This document shows, in pieces, positions 19,755 through 29,310 of a DNA stretch of 64,000 nt. The DNA is taken from NCBI GenBank assembly GCA_964473825.1, contig CAYYQL010000003.1, positions 76,992-140,991 of the forward strand, written 5' to 3'. This DNA is from an uncultured archaeon. Its GTDB lineage: Archaea > Asgardarchaeota > Thorarchaeia > Thorarchaeales > Thorarchaeaceae. The position numbers were made by a program, and so were the translations under genes. Below the pieces are notes generated by a model that was not told where the DNA came from, searched no databases, and saw only the letters and a program-made list of their open reading frames with translations. Position 1 is the first letter of the stretch, and each line of letters starts with the position of its first letter.

Positions 19755-21148
19755 AGTTCAATTGTCTCCTTTCGTAGAATATCGAGCCGAACCTCTTCTC
19801 CGATCTCGACAGCATCTTCGAATGTTGCCGAAACCAAACCTCTTGTTCCAAAGGCTTGGCCGATAGTCCCATTGATGCCTGAGTCAGTAGTCACATTTCG
19901 CCCTTTTAGCCTCTCGGCCCCCTTCTTACTCGTTGCGAGTCCGATGAGTAAAGTATCTCTCTCGCGAACTCTCTCGACTCTACCTACTCTGGTACGTTTC
20001 CTGAACACTACGCGGTCATCTGAGCCATCCTCTATCTCTCCGGATCCGATGATTCTCATCTGATTAGCAGGAAAGTCTGTTCTCAGAAGTAGGACTTTCA
20101 TACCTCTCTCCGCAACTACCTTCTCTCTGAGTTTGAGGATGGCCATGAATCGAGGATTTGTGACTTCGGGTTGTAAGACTCTTCTGTCTTCAACGCGTTC
20201 GAAGGGTATGATTTCGCCTGTTGTGCTGGGCATGCCGACTGCCACACTCACTGTCATTCTCTCAGTCACCCGGCCGAGATATAGGGGGTTGATTGTGATT
20301 CTTGCAGTGACCAGACTTGAAGGCCGAACGGAGTCTGGCTCCGCTAGGTAGTCCCCTCTCTCTATATCTTCATGGCCAACATCGGGAATATTGACTCCTA
20401 TGCGATCCCCCGCTCTTGCTCGCTCTCGATCCTCTCCAAAGGTCTGTATTGTCCTGACTTTGGCATGCCATCCCTTGGGACAAACTTCTATGGTCGTGCC
20501 TTGTTCGAGTTCTCCTCTTACTATTGTGCCAGTGACTACTGTGCCATGACCTCGAACCGGGAATGCATGGTCGATGGGCATGAGGAGCGGGCCCGATACG
20601 TTTCGTTCTTTGGGATGTACTATCCTCTTGAGGGCCTCTTTCAGTTCATCTATTCCCCTCGAAGACTTTGCGGAACACCGAACATACTCAACATCCCGAA
20701 ATCTGGTTCCTGCCATCACTTCCCTCATGCGTTCTTCGGCCATATCGAGAGCAGACTCATCAACAAGGTCCGCTTTGGTTATTGCCACCACAATCGAGTC
20801 GATCTCCATTGCATCAAGAACAACCAGGTGCTCTCCGGTCTGTATCTTTGGCCCCTCGTCGGCAGCTACTGTCATGATTGCTGCATCAATGATGTTGGCT
20901 CCAGCCACAACACTTCTAATCAGATCTGCATGGCCAGGTGCATCTACCAGAGTCACAAGGTATGACTCTAGTCTGAACATAGTGAATCCCAAATCAATTG
21001 TGATTCCTCTCTCTTTGGATTGTGGATGCTTATCGAGACCTGCAGTTGATGTTTTCTCCGTGAGAGCCCTGGCAAGTTCTGTCTTTCCGTGGTCGATGTG
21101 TCCCATGAGGCCCACGTGTACAGGTACGAGTTCTTTCATCAGGAACAC
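19751..21148 (-). CDS. selB: selenocysteine-specific elongation factor (archaeal SelB)
   Basis: G domain GHIDHGKT, LVDAPGH and ITKAD motifs. The 465-aa length is short (archaeal/eukaryal type). Its stop overlaps the SepSecS start. Confidence 0.8.
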   Translation of the reverse strand: MFLMKELVPVHVGLMGHIDHGKTELARALTEKTSTAGLDKHPQSKERGITIDLGFTMFRLESYLVTLVDAPGHADLIRSVVAGANIIDAAIMTVAADEGPKIQTGEHLVVLDAMEIDSIVVAITKADLVDESALDMAEERMREVMAGTRFRDVEYVRCSAKSSRGIDELKEALKRIVHPKERNVSGPLLMPIDHAFPVRGHGTVVTGTIVRGELEQGTTIEVCPKGWHAKVRTIQTFGEDRERARAGDRIGVNIPDVGHEDIERGDYLAEPDSVRPSSLVTARITINPLYLGRVTERMTVSVAVGMPSTTGEIIPFERVEDRRVLQPEVTNPRFMAILKLREKVVAERGMKVLLLRTDFPANQMRIIGSGEIEDGSDDRVVFRKRTRVGRVERVRERDTLLIGLATSKKGAERLKGRNVTTDSGINGTIGQAFGTRGLVSATFEDAVEIGEEVRLDILRKETIEL

Positions 21149-21214
21149 CTATTCTTCACAGAGATTTCTTGATTTTAACCTTGGCCACTCACTGTTGTTC
21201 TGAATCTGTCCCCA

Positions 21215-21670
21215 ATGTATTACGAGGACTTTATTGGGGCATCCAATGAACACAGAATCATGGTGTCTAGATCTCTTGAGAAGATGATTCTCATTGCCGT
21301 CGGTCTTACCACCGCCGTGATGATTGGTGTTCCCGTACTCCTCTTCGCCATCAATAATCTGAACAGTGCAACTGAGTATGAGCTGGCGCGGCTATTCTCA
21401 GAGAAGGTGCATGAAGGAGTCACAAGGGTGGATAATGGCAGTTTGACACAGGTTCATTTTGATTTTACTGTTCCAGATGGAATTGAACTGATCTCAAACG
21501 GAAACACCCTTTCGATTTCTTATCGGAATGAGTACGGGGTCTTGGGCATCTGGACTGAAGATTATTCACATGATATACTCGTTGAGTATCCACCTGAAAC
21601 CGGCTACCAGTCTGTGACCATCAGGTTGGTTGATGACACATTGGTCATATCGTTTGCACCCGCAACGTAG
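21215..21670 (+). CDS. hypothetical membrane-anchored protein
   Basis: N-terminal TM helix followed by a beta-rich domain; no recognisable motif. Confidence 0.35.
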   Translation: MYYEDFIGASNEHRIMVSRSLEKMILIAVGLTTAVMIGVPVLLFAINNLNSATEYELARLFSEKVHEGVTRVDNGSLTQVHFDFTVPDGIELISNGNTLSISYRNEYGVLGIWTEDYSHDILVEYPPETGYQSVTIRLVDDTLVISFAPAT

Positions 21671-22826
21671 ATACTTCGCCATTTGCATCGTCATCATGTT
21701 TCAACACAACGTTTTTAATTATCTCTCAGGCTTTCGCCTTTCACAGTGCCTAAGGCGAGGACAGAGTGACATGGGCGAAAAAGCCGAAGAGTCCGAGACC
21801 ATTGACGAAGAGAAACCCTCTGAAGCAACCGGAATCAAGACCAAAGAAGAAGCCAAGGATAAGAAGCGCGAGCCTGTTCGCCGTAGACTAGCAGGGTCTT
21901 TGGGTCTGATTCTCAATGTACGCATGTTGCGAAGAGTGGTACAGATCATCTTCTTTCTGGGAATAAACGCTTACATCCTTACGGCATGGTTTGGTATGGA
22001 GCAAGTCACAGCATTCTGGACCGGTTTCAGGGATATACTACCAACATTGCCAATCATCGCACCCCTTGAGGCTCCCTTTGCTGTTCTAGCCGGTTCCTTT
22101 GATACTATACAGCGCGTCTTCACATCCGGAGCGTTTCCCTTCTTTACACTTGGAGCAATGATAATCATCCTCACCGTTATTGGCCGTGCAGGATGTGCTT
22201 GGGTATGCCCTATCGGCACAATTCAAGACTTCATCACACTTCCCAAGCGCACGAAGCTTAGACCCTCTCCTCAGACCGAAAAGGAGCTTCGTCGTATCAA
22301 GGCCTACGTCTTTATTATAGTCATGTTCTTCGCTGTATGGGTTGGAATCAGTGCATTGACGGGCACTGCGGATGTCCTCAGAACGGCACTGGGAATATTT
22401 GCAGACGCCGCTTTTGATCCTCTCAATCCTGCGTATATCCTCTTTGTCTTTGCTCCCGAGCAGATATGGCCCGAGAGCTTGGAAACACTCTGGTATCTGT
22501 TGTCATGGGACTTTGTTGTATGGCTTCAGTTTGGATTTGTTGTCGTCGTCTTCGTGATATCTTACTGGATTCCTAGATGGTTCTGCAGATGGCTATGTCC
22601 AGCTGGGTGGTTCTATGGTGTCTTCTCTCGGGACGCACTCATAGGCATTGGGCGAAACCCGGCTCGATGTACCCCGGACACATGCAACGTATGCGAGGAA
22701 GTATGTCCAATGAACATCCGAATACGCAAGTTTCCGTATCAACATATGTACAGTGCCGACTGCATTCTCTGCTTGGAATGTAAGAGTCACTGCCCCAACG
22801 GCGCTATCGAGCTCAGATTTTCCTAG
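21630..22826 (+). CDS. 4Fe-4S-binding polyferredoxin-like membrane protein (NapH/MauN-like); start probably ~21771
   Basis: TM helices plus repeated cysteine clusters (CPIGT, CPAGW, CNVCEEVCP, CILCLECKSHCP). Confidence 0.55.
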   Translation: MMTHWSYRLHPQRRYFAICIVIMFQHNVFNYLSGFRLSQCLRRGQSDMGEKAEESETIDEEKPSEATGIKTKEEAKDKKREPVRRRLAGSLGLILNVRMLRRVVQIIFFLGINAYILTAWFGMEQVTAFWTGFRDILPTLPIIAPLEAPFAVLAGSFDTIQRVFTSGAFPFFTLGAMIIILTVIGRAGCAWVCPIGTIQDFITLPKRTKLRPSPQTEKELRRIKAYVFIIVMFFAVWVGISALTGTADVLRTALGIFADAAFDPLNPAYILFVFAPEQIWPESLETLWYLLSWDFVVWLQFGFVVVVFVISYWIPRWFCRWLCPAGWFYGVFSRDALIGIGRNPARCTPDTCNVCEEVCPMNIRIRKFPYQHMYSADCILCLECKSHCPNGAIELRFS

Positions 22827-22837
22827 GAGTTTCTTGC

Positions 22838-23179
22838 TCAATCTCTCTCTGCTACCAGCTCGAATTCGTTTCGGTATTTGGCAAATCGTTCTAGCAGCTG
22901 ATGACCAACCTCCGTGAGGTTCGCTCCACCACCACCAACAGTTCCCCCTTTGTATGTCTCTAGGAGTCTGGTGTCGAGCTTCTTTTCGATTTTCCTGATG
23001 ACCCCCCAAGCGTATCTGTATGACATTCCAAGCTTTCTTGCCCCCTCAGTAATTGTGCCTGTTTCCTTTATGGCTTGAAGAATGGCATAAGCCCCGGGGC
23101 CAAACACGTATTGCCCATCTTTCTCAAGCCAGAGCTTCCAGTTCGGAAGCAACTCACGAACGATGTCTTCTTCTTTCAA
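22838..23179 (-). CDS. ModE-like winged-helix transcriptional regulator (N-terminal domain type)
   Basis: ..ILQAIKETGTITEGARKLGMSYRYAWGVIRKIEKKL.. matches the ModE N-terminal HTH. Confidence 0.55.
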   Translation of the reverse strand: MKEEDIVRELLPNWKLWLEKDGQYVFGPGAYAILQAIKETGTITEGARKLGMSYRYAWGVIRKIEKKLDTRLLETYKGGTVGGGGANLTEVGHQLLERFAKYRNEFELVAERD

Positions 23180-23233
23180 GAGATGGTTCTCCTAGACGGT
23201 ACAGTGTAGTACCTGTCCGCCTTTCTAAGTAAC

Positions 23234-23461
23234 TCAAGGGCCCCAACGGAGTCGTTCAGCCTTGGTATCTTGCTTGTAAGTCTTCTTCACAGTCTTCCAG
23301 TGATCTCTGCAGAGGTAGGTTTTCCGTTCACGCGGATCTTTGACTTTCAGACCCGCACCGTTTACACTCTTGCCGATTCGTGATGCTGAAAACGAGCGTT
23401 TGGCCGGCTTGTCACAACCTGCTATACTACAGACTTTCTTTGATCTGGCCAACTTGGTCAC
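23234..23461 (-). CDS. small basic zinc-finger protein
   Basis: CSIAGC...CRDH cysteine pattern, lysine-rich. Confidence 0.35.
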   Translation of the reverse strand: MTKLARSKKVCSIAGCDKPAKRSFSASRIGKSVNGAGLKVKDPRERKTYLCRDHWKTVKKTYKQDTKAERLRWGP

Positions 23462-23503
23462 TTCACCATCAAGCCGAGGATGTACATTATAACTATGACG
23501 GCG

Positions 23504-24496
23504 TTAGACTTGGTTCCCTTTAGGTGTCAAAAGGGACCCTTTGGAGAAATCAAACAGGACTTCCGTTTCAGAATCCAGTTTGAGCCGGACCAACTGGGTA
23601 TCTTCAACATCACCTATGATCACTGCATCCATTTCGTGTTTCGCGACGATATCTCTCAGGGCTTTCGTGTTCTCAGGTGTGACTGCAACGAGAAATCCCA
23701 ATGAAATATACATTCTCAGCCAATCTTCTAAGGCGATTGCTGGGGGACACGATACCTCTATTGCATCCAAGTCAATCAGAGCCCCGACGCCAGAGTACTC
23801 CACCATCATGCCTGCAGTTCCTATGATCCCTGCGGTCGATATGTCCTTTGAGGCCGTAACGAGCTGCTTGGCCGCAATGCTTGTCATGACCGCCAGTCGC
23901 TTTACGGTTTCATCAGAATCACGTTCAGTGACACTATCCCATCCAAGCCTGTAGTGTTCTCCTCTCTTGCCCTGTCTATCGTAGATCAAGACCAGTGTAT
24001 CCCCTGGAGTCGCACCTCCTGCTGTCAAGAGGTTTGTCTTCGAAACAGTTCCTGTTGCTGATCCAACCACATATGTTGAGCTTGATGCAGGGTTAGTGTG
24101 TCCTCTCACAATTGGAACCTTGAATCTATGAGAGCCTTCAATGAGCCCCTCCAGCAATCTCTCTCCTATCTTCTTGTTGGAGTAGGAGAGCGCGACCGCA
24201 AATGATGTGGGGACTCCTCCTGCTGCATAGATATCCATCACACTTGCAAGAACAGCATTGAACCCGGCTGCCTTGGGATGGTTGAGGCAGAGATCTTCCA
24301 CTATGGCATCGGTGGTCAGAAGAACAAAGTCGTCGCATGCAGTGCAAATGGCGGCTGAGTCTTCTCCCAGCGAATGAGGATACTCACCATCATATGACTC
24401 AGTTCGTAGTCGATGGATGATTCCTGGGAGTACATATTTGCGAGATATACCTTCAAACCCCTTCAGGAGTTTGACTATCTCATGTAGCCGACTCAA
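23504..24496 (-). CDS. AIR-synthase-related (PurM-like) protein; TTG start
   Basis: PurM N and C domains (GEDSAAI..., ...AAGGVP..). It has no GCGCK/Sec motif, so it is not SelD. Confidence 0.55.
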   Translation of the reverse strand: MSRLHEIVKLLKGFEGISRKYVLPGIIHRLRTESYDGEYPHSLGEDSAAICTACDDFVLLTTDAIVEDLCLNHPKAAGFNAVLASVMDIYAAGGVPTSFAVALSYSNKKIGERLLEGLIEGSHRFKVPIVRGHTNPASSSTYVVGSATGTVSKTNLLTAGGATPGDTLVLIYDRQGKRGEHYRLGWDSVTERDSDETVKRLAVMTSIAAKQLVTASKDISTAGIIGTAGMMVEYSGVGALIDLDAIEVSCPPAIALEDWLRMYISLGFLVAVTPENTKALRDIVAKHEMDAVIIGDVEDTQLVRLKLDSETEVLFDFSKGSLLTPKGNQV

Positions 24497-24523
24497 CCGA
24501 GATCACTCATTTCAGCGTATTCA

Positions 24524-24646
24524 CTACGGACTGAGAAACTCAATGGCAAAAGATGCTTGGTTCAGGAGAATCCCGATTCCAAGAAGCGACATACCAATCA
24601 TGAAAAAGATGAGCGCTCTAATCTCTGGACGGACCTCTTCGAACAC
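24524..24646 (-). CDS. candidate small single-TM protein, possibly Sec61-beta-like (40 aa, GTG start)
   Basis: Unlisted small ORF: MFEEVRPEIRALIFFMIGMSLLGIGILLNQASFAIEFLSP. The FEE...PE + TM arrangement is reminiscent of the archaeal Sec-beta C-terminus. The resemblance is weak. Confidence 0.2.
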   Translation of the reverse strand: MFEEVRPEIRALIFFMIGMSLLGIGILLNQASFAIEFLSP

Positions 24647-24715
24647 AATGAATCACCGTACGAGTCGCTCAGCCACCGCTGCTGCTTATAGGCATTACGG
24701 GATGACGACGCTATG

Positions 24716-25012
24716 CTAAAGTTTCTTTCGTATCTTCTTTACGTACTCCTTTGGAATCTCAGACGGATCCTGCCAGTCATCATCTTCATCAAGAAGAACT
24801 GGTTTCTCTGCCCTTCTGCACTTGCCTGTGTCAGTCATTTTGCGTTCTTTACACAGGCTGTACTGGCACCAGGGCCCGTCGCATTCATCATCAACCCATG
24901 TGCACCAATAGACCTTCTTTCCATGACGCTTAATCGTCTTCAATGCACTTGGTTTTCTCTCACACCGGAATCTCTCGCAGGCCGGTGTACAATCGGGAAG
25001 GTTCTCACTCAT
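24716..25012 (-). CDS. cysteine-rich small protein
   Basis: About 12 Cys in 98 aa, suggesting zinc binding. Confidence 0.4.
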   Translation of the reverse strand: MSENLPDCTPACERFRCERKPSALKTIKRHGKKVYWCTWVDDECDGPWCQYSLCKERKMTDTGKCRRAEKPVLLDEDDDWQDPSEIPKEYVKKIRKKL

Positions 25013-25044
25013 GCTGACAGTCTCCTCAGACTTGAGTCTTCTAG

Positions 25045-25830
25045 TTACGCTTCTTTAGCGGCCTCTATGATTTCTTCCAGACCTACTAATGCTCCATCAA
25101 TGATACTTATTGTTCTTTCCAGTTCATACTTGGCTGAAGTGTATTCAGTATCCGATATATCCCCTATCTTGAATTTGGCATCAAGACGACTCACGTTTCG
25201 TTGGATCTCTTTCCGACGGGACGACATCTCCTTGACCCACCCCTTCGACTCGTTAAGCTGCGACTTCAGCAGAGTCTTGAGTTGTTTTACTTCATCCACA
25301 AGTTCACGGCGCTGTTCTTCGTATACCACTGAGTCTAGTGTGTCCACAATCTCATCAAGCTTTGTGAGCTTTCCTTCGAAGAGTCTGAGATCTTGAGTGG
25401 TCTTCTCCAGAGGAACCATCCCCTTGACTTCAAGAAGGGCTCTTCTTCGTTCCTTCATCATCTCAAGAGACTTCCGGAGCTTCTCGGCTCTGGCCGTAAG
25501 AAGAGCTCGGTCGGCATGCTCCAGAGAGAGAGCTTGGCGTGTTGCCCTTGTCTGCTGGATAAGCCTGTCAAGCTCGCGATTGATGACGGCCAACTCCGCG
25601 TGGGCAAGCAATATGGCCAGTGTCTTCTTTTCGACGCCTTGAATGTTGAAGTTGAACTCAGGTAGTGAATCTGTAAAGGAGGTATCAGAAGACATATCCT
25701 CCGCATCTTCAAACTTCCTGGGAAGATGTATTTCGGTTTCTGAGGGCAAAATCTCTCCGCAGAACTTGCAGTACACCCCGGGTGGCACATCCAAGCCGCA
25801 TGCTGGGCACACAACAGATTTCTTAGGCAT
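25045..25830 (-). CDS. zinc-ribbon plus coiled-coil protein
   Basis: N-terminal CPACG..CKFCG ribbon followed by a long heptad-rich helical region. Confidence 0.45.
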   Translation of the reverse strand: MPKKSVVCPACGLDVPPGVYCKFCGEILPSETEIHLPRKFEDAEDMSSDTSFTDSLPEFNFNIQGVEKKTLAILLAHAELAVINRELDRLIQQTRATRQALSLEHADRALLTARAEKLRKSLEMMKERRRALLEVKGMVPLEKTTQDLRLFEGKLTKLDEIVDTLDSVVYEEQRRELVDEVKQLKTLLKSQLNESKGWVKEMSSRRKEIQRNVSRLDAKFKIGDISDTEYTSAKYELERTISIIDGALVGLEEIIEAAKEA

Positions 25831-25900
25831 AGGGACTCTCCGCCAATTTTATGAATATGCCAGGCTTAGGATGCCTGCTGCTGTTCGAACCTGGGCATTC

Positions 25901-26218
25901 TCACACTAGAGTCGCCAACTTGGCTGCAATCTGATCCAACTTGGCTTTGGAGTTGACGATTGTTTCTGCACCATAGGTTGGCAGTACCTTGAGTTCTTCA
26001 ATTAAGAGCGCAATTGCAACATTCGGTTCTATTTCCTTCTTATCAAACGAACCATCTGGGAATGTGATTGACGCTTCAATCCATTTCGTCTTCGTTTCAT
26101 CGGCAGGAAACAGGCAATATGCATAGTCGTCGTTGCTGCAGATGAAAGATGGTCTTTTTTCCCATGCTTCTGCTAATAGTGCGCCAAACTTCTTCGCGTT
26201 TTCTGCCTTGTTTGCCAT
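25901..26218 (-). CDS. hypothetical protein
   Basis: 105-aa ORF. Confidence 0.35.
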   Translation of the reverse strand: MANKAENAKKFGALLAEAWEKRPSFICSNDDYAYCLFPADETKTKWIEASITFPDGSFDKKEIEPNVAIALLIEELKVLPTYGAETIVNSKAKLDQIAAKLATLV

Positions 26219-26301
26219 TAAGGTTCACCATTGTAGTCTGGATGCAATCTAGCTGACCTCACAGCGACGCCTTATTTGTTTTGCTGGTTGTGCGAGTCCA
26301 G

Positions 26302-26868
26302 CTATGGTCTGTGCCAGACAAACGAATAATAGGCGATGTCGCCAGATTCCTTGACTGTTGCGATGATGAACTTCTTCCGGACACTGGTCGCCAGTCTTCC
26401 TGCTCTGACAATATCGAGAGGAGCAACACCCCTCTTCTGTGGAATCACATGGACCAGAAATGGTGCATGGTCGATTCCGGGTCCCTTCTCATAAACTGCG
26501 AAGTCAGTTCCGAACTTCAGCCCGGGACGTATGATGTAGCCCTTTTCTCTGAGCTGAGAGTATACAAGTAGTCTGTCTTTAAATTCGCCATCTTGGTCAA
26601 AACCAATCCGAACTAGGTCATTTTCCGACAAGAGCCGATCCTGAATTGGGTCATGCACACAGATACGGGCCTTTGCGACCAGAAAGGCACATTCAAGCAA
26701 TGATAGCTCGAGTGGCTTATCGAATTCAGGTGATTTTGGCTTTCTAATTCCCACTGGCTGTCCGAAGTATCCCTCTGCATAGAGCGCTGAACCATGTTCT
26801 GGATTCCAGACTATTGCTCGATCCACCGTAAACTCGGCCGTGACTTCACTCTTGCACTCAGGTACCAA
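26302..26868 (-). CDS. endA: tRNA-splicing endonuclease
   Basis: Signature GLKFGTDFAVY plus a downstream catalytic His/Lys region. 188 aa. Confidence 0.8.
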   Translation of the reverse strand: MVPECKSEVTAEFTVDRAIVWNPEHGSALYAEGYFGQPVGIRKPKSPEFDKPLELSLLECAFLVAKARICVHDPIQDRLLSENDLVRIGFDQDGEFKDRLLVYSQLREKGYIIRPGLKFGTDFAVYEKGPGIDHAPFLVHVIPQKRGVAPLDIVRAGRLATSVRKKFIIATVKESGDIAYYSFVWHRP

Positions 26869-26886
26869 ATATGTTCACGCATCCGC

Positions 26887-27570
26887 CTATGTATTCAGGG
26901 TTAGTGAGAGAGCACGGATAGTATTAGCGGCATCCTCACTCAGATTAGCCATCTCTTCTATTGTGTTGATGAAGTCACGCGTCCTCAGAATCGTAGCAAT
27001 TGGGATATCACTTGGATAGAGCTTGCTGACAACGTCTCTTACAAGAACGTCAATCTTTTTCTCTATCTTGCAGATATCGTCTGTCTTTGCAATGCTGTTC
27101 TCAATGTTCATAGACAGAAATCTTACGGCCTCTCTCTGGTTTGCAACAATGTCGTCAATCAGTTGAGCGAGCTGTTCAATACAGACCTTTAGTTTGCCAC
27201 TTGGTGTCCATTCCGAGGCGACAGCTGCGAGATGATAGCAGGCTATCTCAGCCCCGTCAATAAGCTTGTCATTGTAGTATACGAGGCGAAGCAAGTCCTC
27301 TCTCTGCATGAGCGAGTTGGCTGCTGCCAGTTGGTTCAGAATGGACCGCTTCAACTCATCACCCTTCTCTTCGTAACTGGTGATCTTCTGCAAGTCTTCT
27401 TTCTTTGCTGGTTCGCTCTTATCAAGCCATGTAGATATCACACTTGAAAGTACCTTGTGTGCGGATAAGGCAACTCGAAAGTGCTCGTCCAGCATCTGAG
27501 TTACATTTGCGAGTTCTCCACTCATATAACGACCATTATCCAACACCATCTTCGTGACGTCCCTGTACAA
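26887..27570 (-). CDS. DUF47 (PhoU-like, Pit-accessory family) protein
   Basis: Helical; the C-terminal ..INTIEEMANLSEDAANTIRAL.. is typical of DUF47. Confidence 0.45.
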   Translation of the reverse strand: MYRDVTKMVLDNGRYMSGELANVTQMLDEHFRVALSAHKVLSSVISTWLDKSEPAKKEDLQKITSYEEKGDELKRSILNQLAAANSLMQREDLLRLVYYNDKLIDGAEIACYHLAAVASEWTPSGKLKVCIEQLAQLIDDIVANQREAVRFLSMNIENSIAKTDDICKIEKKIDVLVRDVVSKLYPSDIPIATILRTRDFINTIEEMANLSEDAANTIRALSLTLNT

Positions 27571-27636
27571 GTTGCTGTCGGTTTAGGACCAGTTTTAAAT
27601 CTTCTTGACCCCCTCTAACGTCGGGAAATGGTGTAG

Positions 27637-28431
27637 ATGGAACCTTGGCAGATAGTATTGGCGCTGATTCAGGGTCTTGTTGAATGGCTGCCTATTAGCA
27701 GCGAGGGGCAAGTAGTTCTGTTTGCCTACAACTTCGGCAATGTGCCTCAGGAATCCCTGATATCCCTTGCAGTATGGCTTCATCTTGGTACCGCTCTTGC
27801 TGTGGTGGCCCGTTATCCTCGAGATATTCTGCACATACTCCTGTTACGAGACCGCAGTCTATTCAGACTGCTGCTCATTGCCACAGTTGGCACAGCCATG
27901 ACTGCAATCCCCCTTTACTTCGCCTTTAAAGCTGCAATGACTACATTCCAAGGAGAAGTACTCAACGTCGCAGTTGGAATCTTACTACTGGTGACGGCCT
28001 TGGTGCTGTATTTGCCCTCTCGCAGCAGCAATATTACATTAGATGAGAGCCATCGCGAACCAACCTCTCGTGAAGCACTGACAACTGGCCTCGTTCAAGG
28101 GTTCTCGGTCTTGCCTGGCCTGAGCCGATCAGGGCTCACAATCTCCGCCCTTCTCCTACAAAAGGTGGACAAGGAAAAGGCTCTTCGCTTCAGCTTTCTG
28201 ATAAGTGTGCCAGCTGTGCTCGGAATTCTCGGCGTTGAACTCCTCACAGGAGTGTGGCCACTTGCAGTAGTATCGGCCATCGACCTGTTCCTGATGGAGA
28301 TTATCGTTTTCGCGGCCGGTCTGTTATCGATGGAGGTATTGCTGAGAGTGGCCAAATCAATTAGCTTCTGGAAACTGTGCCTGGTCATCGGCACCATTGC
28401 AATCGTCTTTGGGCTCCCTGCGTTTTTCTAA
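27637..28431 (+). CDS. uppP: undecaprenyl-diphosphatase (UppP/BacA)
   Basis: Motif LVEWLPISSEGQ and 8 TM segments. Confidence 0.8.
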   Translation: MEPWQIVLALIQGLVEWLPISSEGQVVLFAYNFGNVPQESLISLAVWLHLGTALAVVARYPRDILHILLLRDRSLFRLLLIATVGTAMTAIPLYFAFKAAMTTFQGEVLNVAVGILLLVTALVLYLPSRSSNITLDESHREPTSREALTTGLVQGFSVLPGLSRSGLTISALLLQKVDKEKALRFSFLISVPAVLGILGVELLTGVWPLAVVSAIDLFLMEIIVFAAGLLSMEVLLRVAKSISFWKLCLVIGTIAIVFGLPAFF

Positions 28432-28435
28432 GTGT

Positions 28436-29251
28436 TCATGTTGAGCGTTTCTGAAACATGATGGCAATTGGAGAATTGGCCTTTCTCCATTCTGCCAGTT
28501 TTCCCTCATAGTCCAAGGGAATGGGGTGCCGTCCGTGATTTCCGATGATTACGAATAGGGTGTCCTTCCTGGCCTGTCGAAGAAGCACCTTGATCCAGTT
28601 ATCGGTTCTTCTCACAATCTTCTCCAGCAATGTCTTGGGTGGTGTTCGATGACCGTACTGGGCGTAGAGGCTCTCAAAATCAAGAAAGTGCATGAGCAAA
28701 AGCTCACTCTTGTAGATGTGTTTCGTGGCTTCGACATAGGTGGACATATCGTCTCTAGTATTGACAGTATAGACTGGGTCGAACTGGAAAACTTTCATGT
28801 CTTCTTCTCGGCATATCACGCGAGTAAACTTTCCGTAGTCTTTCACATAATCGATGAGGTGAAACCCCTGACTGCTATGAAGTAAGTGGTTCATTAGCGG
28901 CACTGCATACGGATCATCGGTCTCGATAAGCGCCAGAGCCTCAAGTTCTCTGATCATTGCCTCAGGCTTGTACACTACTGCTTCGAAAAGGCCGAAGTTA
29001 TCTATCACCACAACTACCATGGAAATCGGACTGAATCTTCTTGTTAGATTTTCATTAGGCTGGGGAAGCTCATCTGGAATCTCAATACCCATAAGCCTGA
29101 GTATAGTCGAGGTAAACTCCTCTGCATAGGATCTGACTTGGGGAAATGACATTGATTCGATGACACCACACGACGGATCATATCTCTCTTGAGTATTATC
29201 CGGCAGTATGCTGTAACACCTGTATCTACTAAAAGACCTTTCTCGGCTCAT
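28436..29251 (-). CDS. alkaline-phosphatase-superfamily metalloenzyme (nucleotide pyrophosphatase/phosphodiesterase-like)
   Basis: VVVIDNFG near the N-terminus and LFVIIGNHG near the C-terminus resemble the metal-ligand motifs of NPP/AP-family enzymes. Confidence 0.35.
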   Translation of the reverse strand: MSRERSFSRYRCYSILPDNTQERYDPSCGVIESMSFPQVRSYAEEFTSTILRLMGIEIPDELPQPNENLTRRFSPISMVVVVIDNFGLFEAVVYKPEAMIRELEALALIETDDPYAVPLMNHLLHSSQGFHLIDYVKDYGKFTRVICREEDMKVFQFDPVYTVNTRDDMSTYVEATKHIYKSELLLMHFLDFESLYAQYGHRTPPKTLLEKIVRRTDNWIKVLLRQARKDTLFVIIGNHGRHPIPLDYEGKLAEWRKANSPIAIMFQKRST

Positions 29252-29310
29252 CTGTACTGTTGCAGAAGGATTATTACACCACTGGATAGACTTCCTTTGA
29301 AGGCAGTGAA

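Noticed and set aside
20372-21203. Plus-strand ORFs of 197 and 209 aa antisense to selB
   Set aside because: They lie entirely inside the well-supported minus-strand SelB gene, have low-complexity S/R/P-rich composition and no motifs. They are spurious antisense ORFs.
23504-24496. PurM-like protein as selenophosphate synthetase SelD
   Set aside because: It lacks the N-terminal GCGCK/Sec-Cys motif of SelD and has no in-frame TGA. The general AIR-synthase-related call is kept.
24417-24719. 100-aa plus-strand ORF in the 219-nt gap after the PurM-like gene
   Set aside because: It has no start context, an R/S-rich composition, and runs through a convergent intergenic region. The small minus-strand TM ORF is the more plausible candidate there, though itself uncertain.
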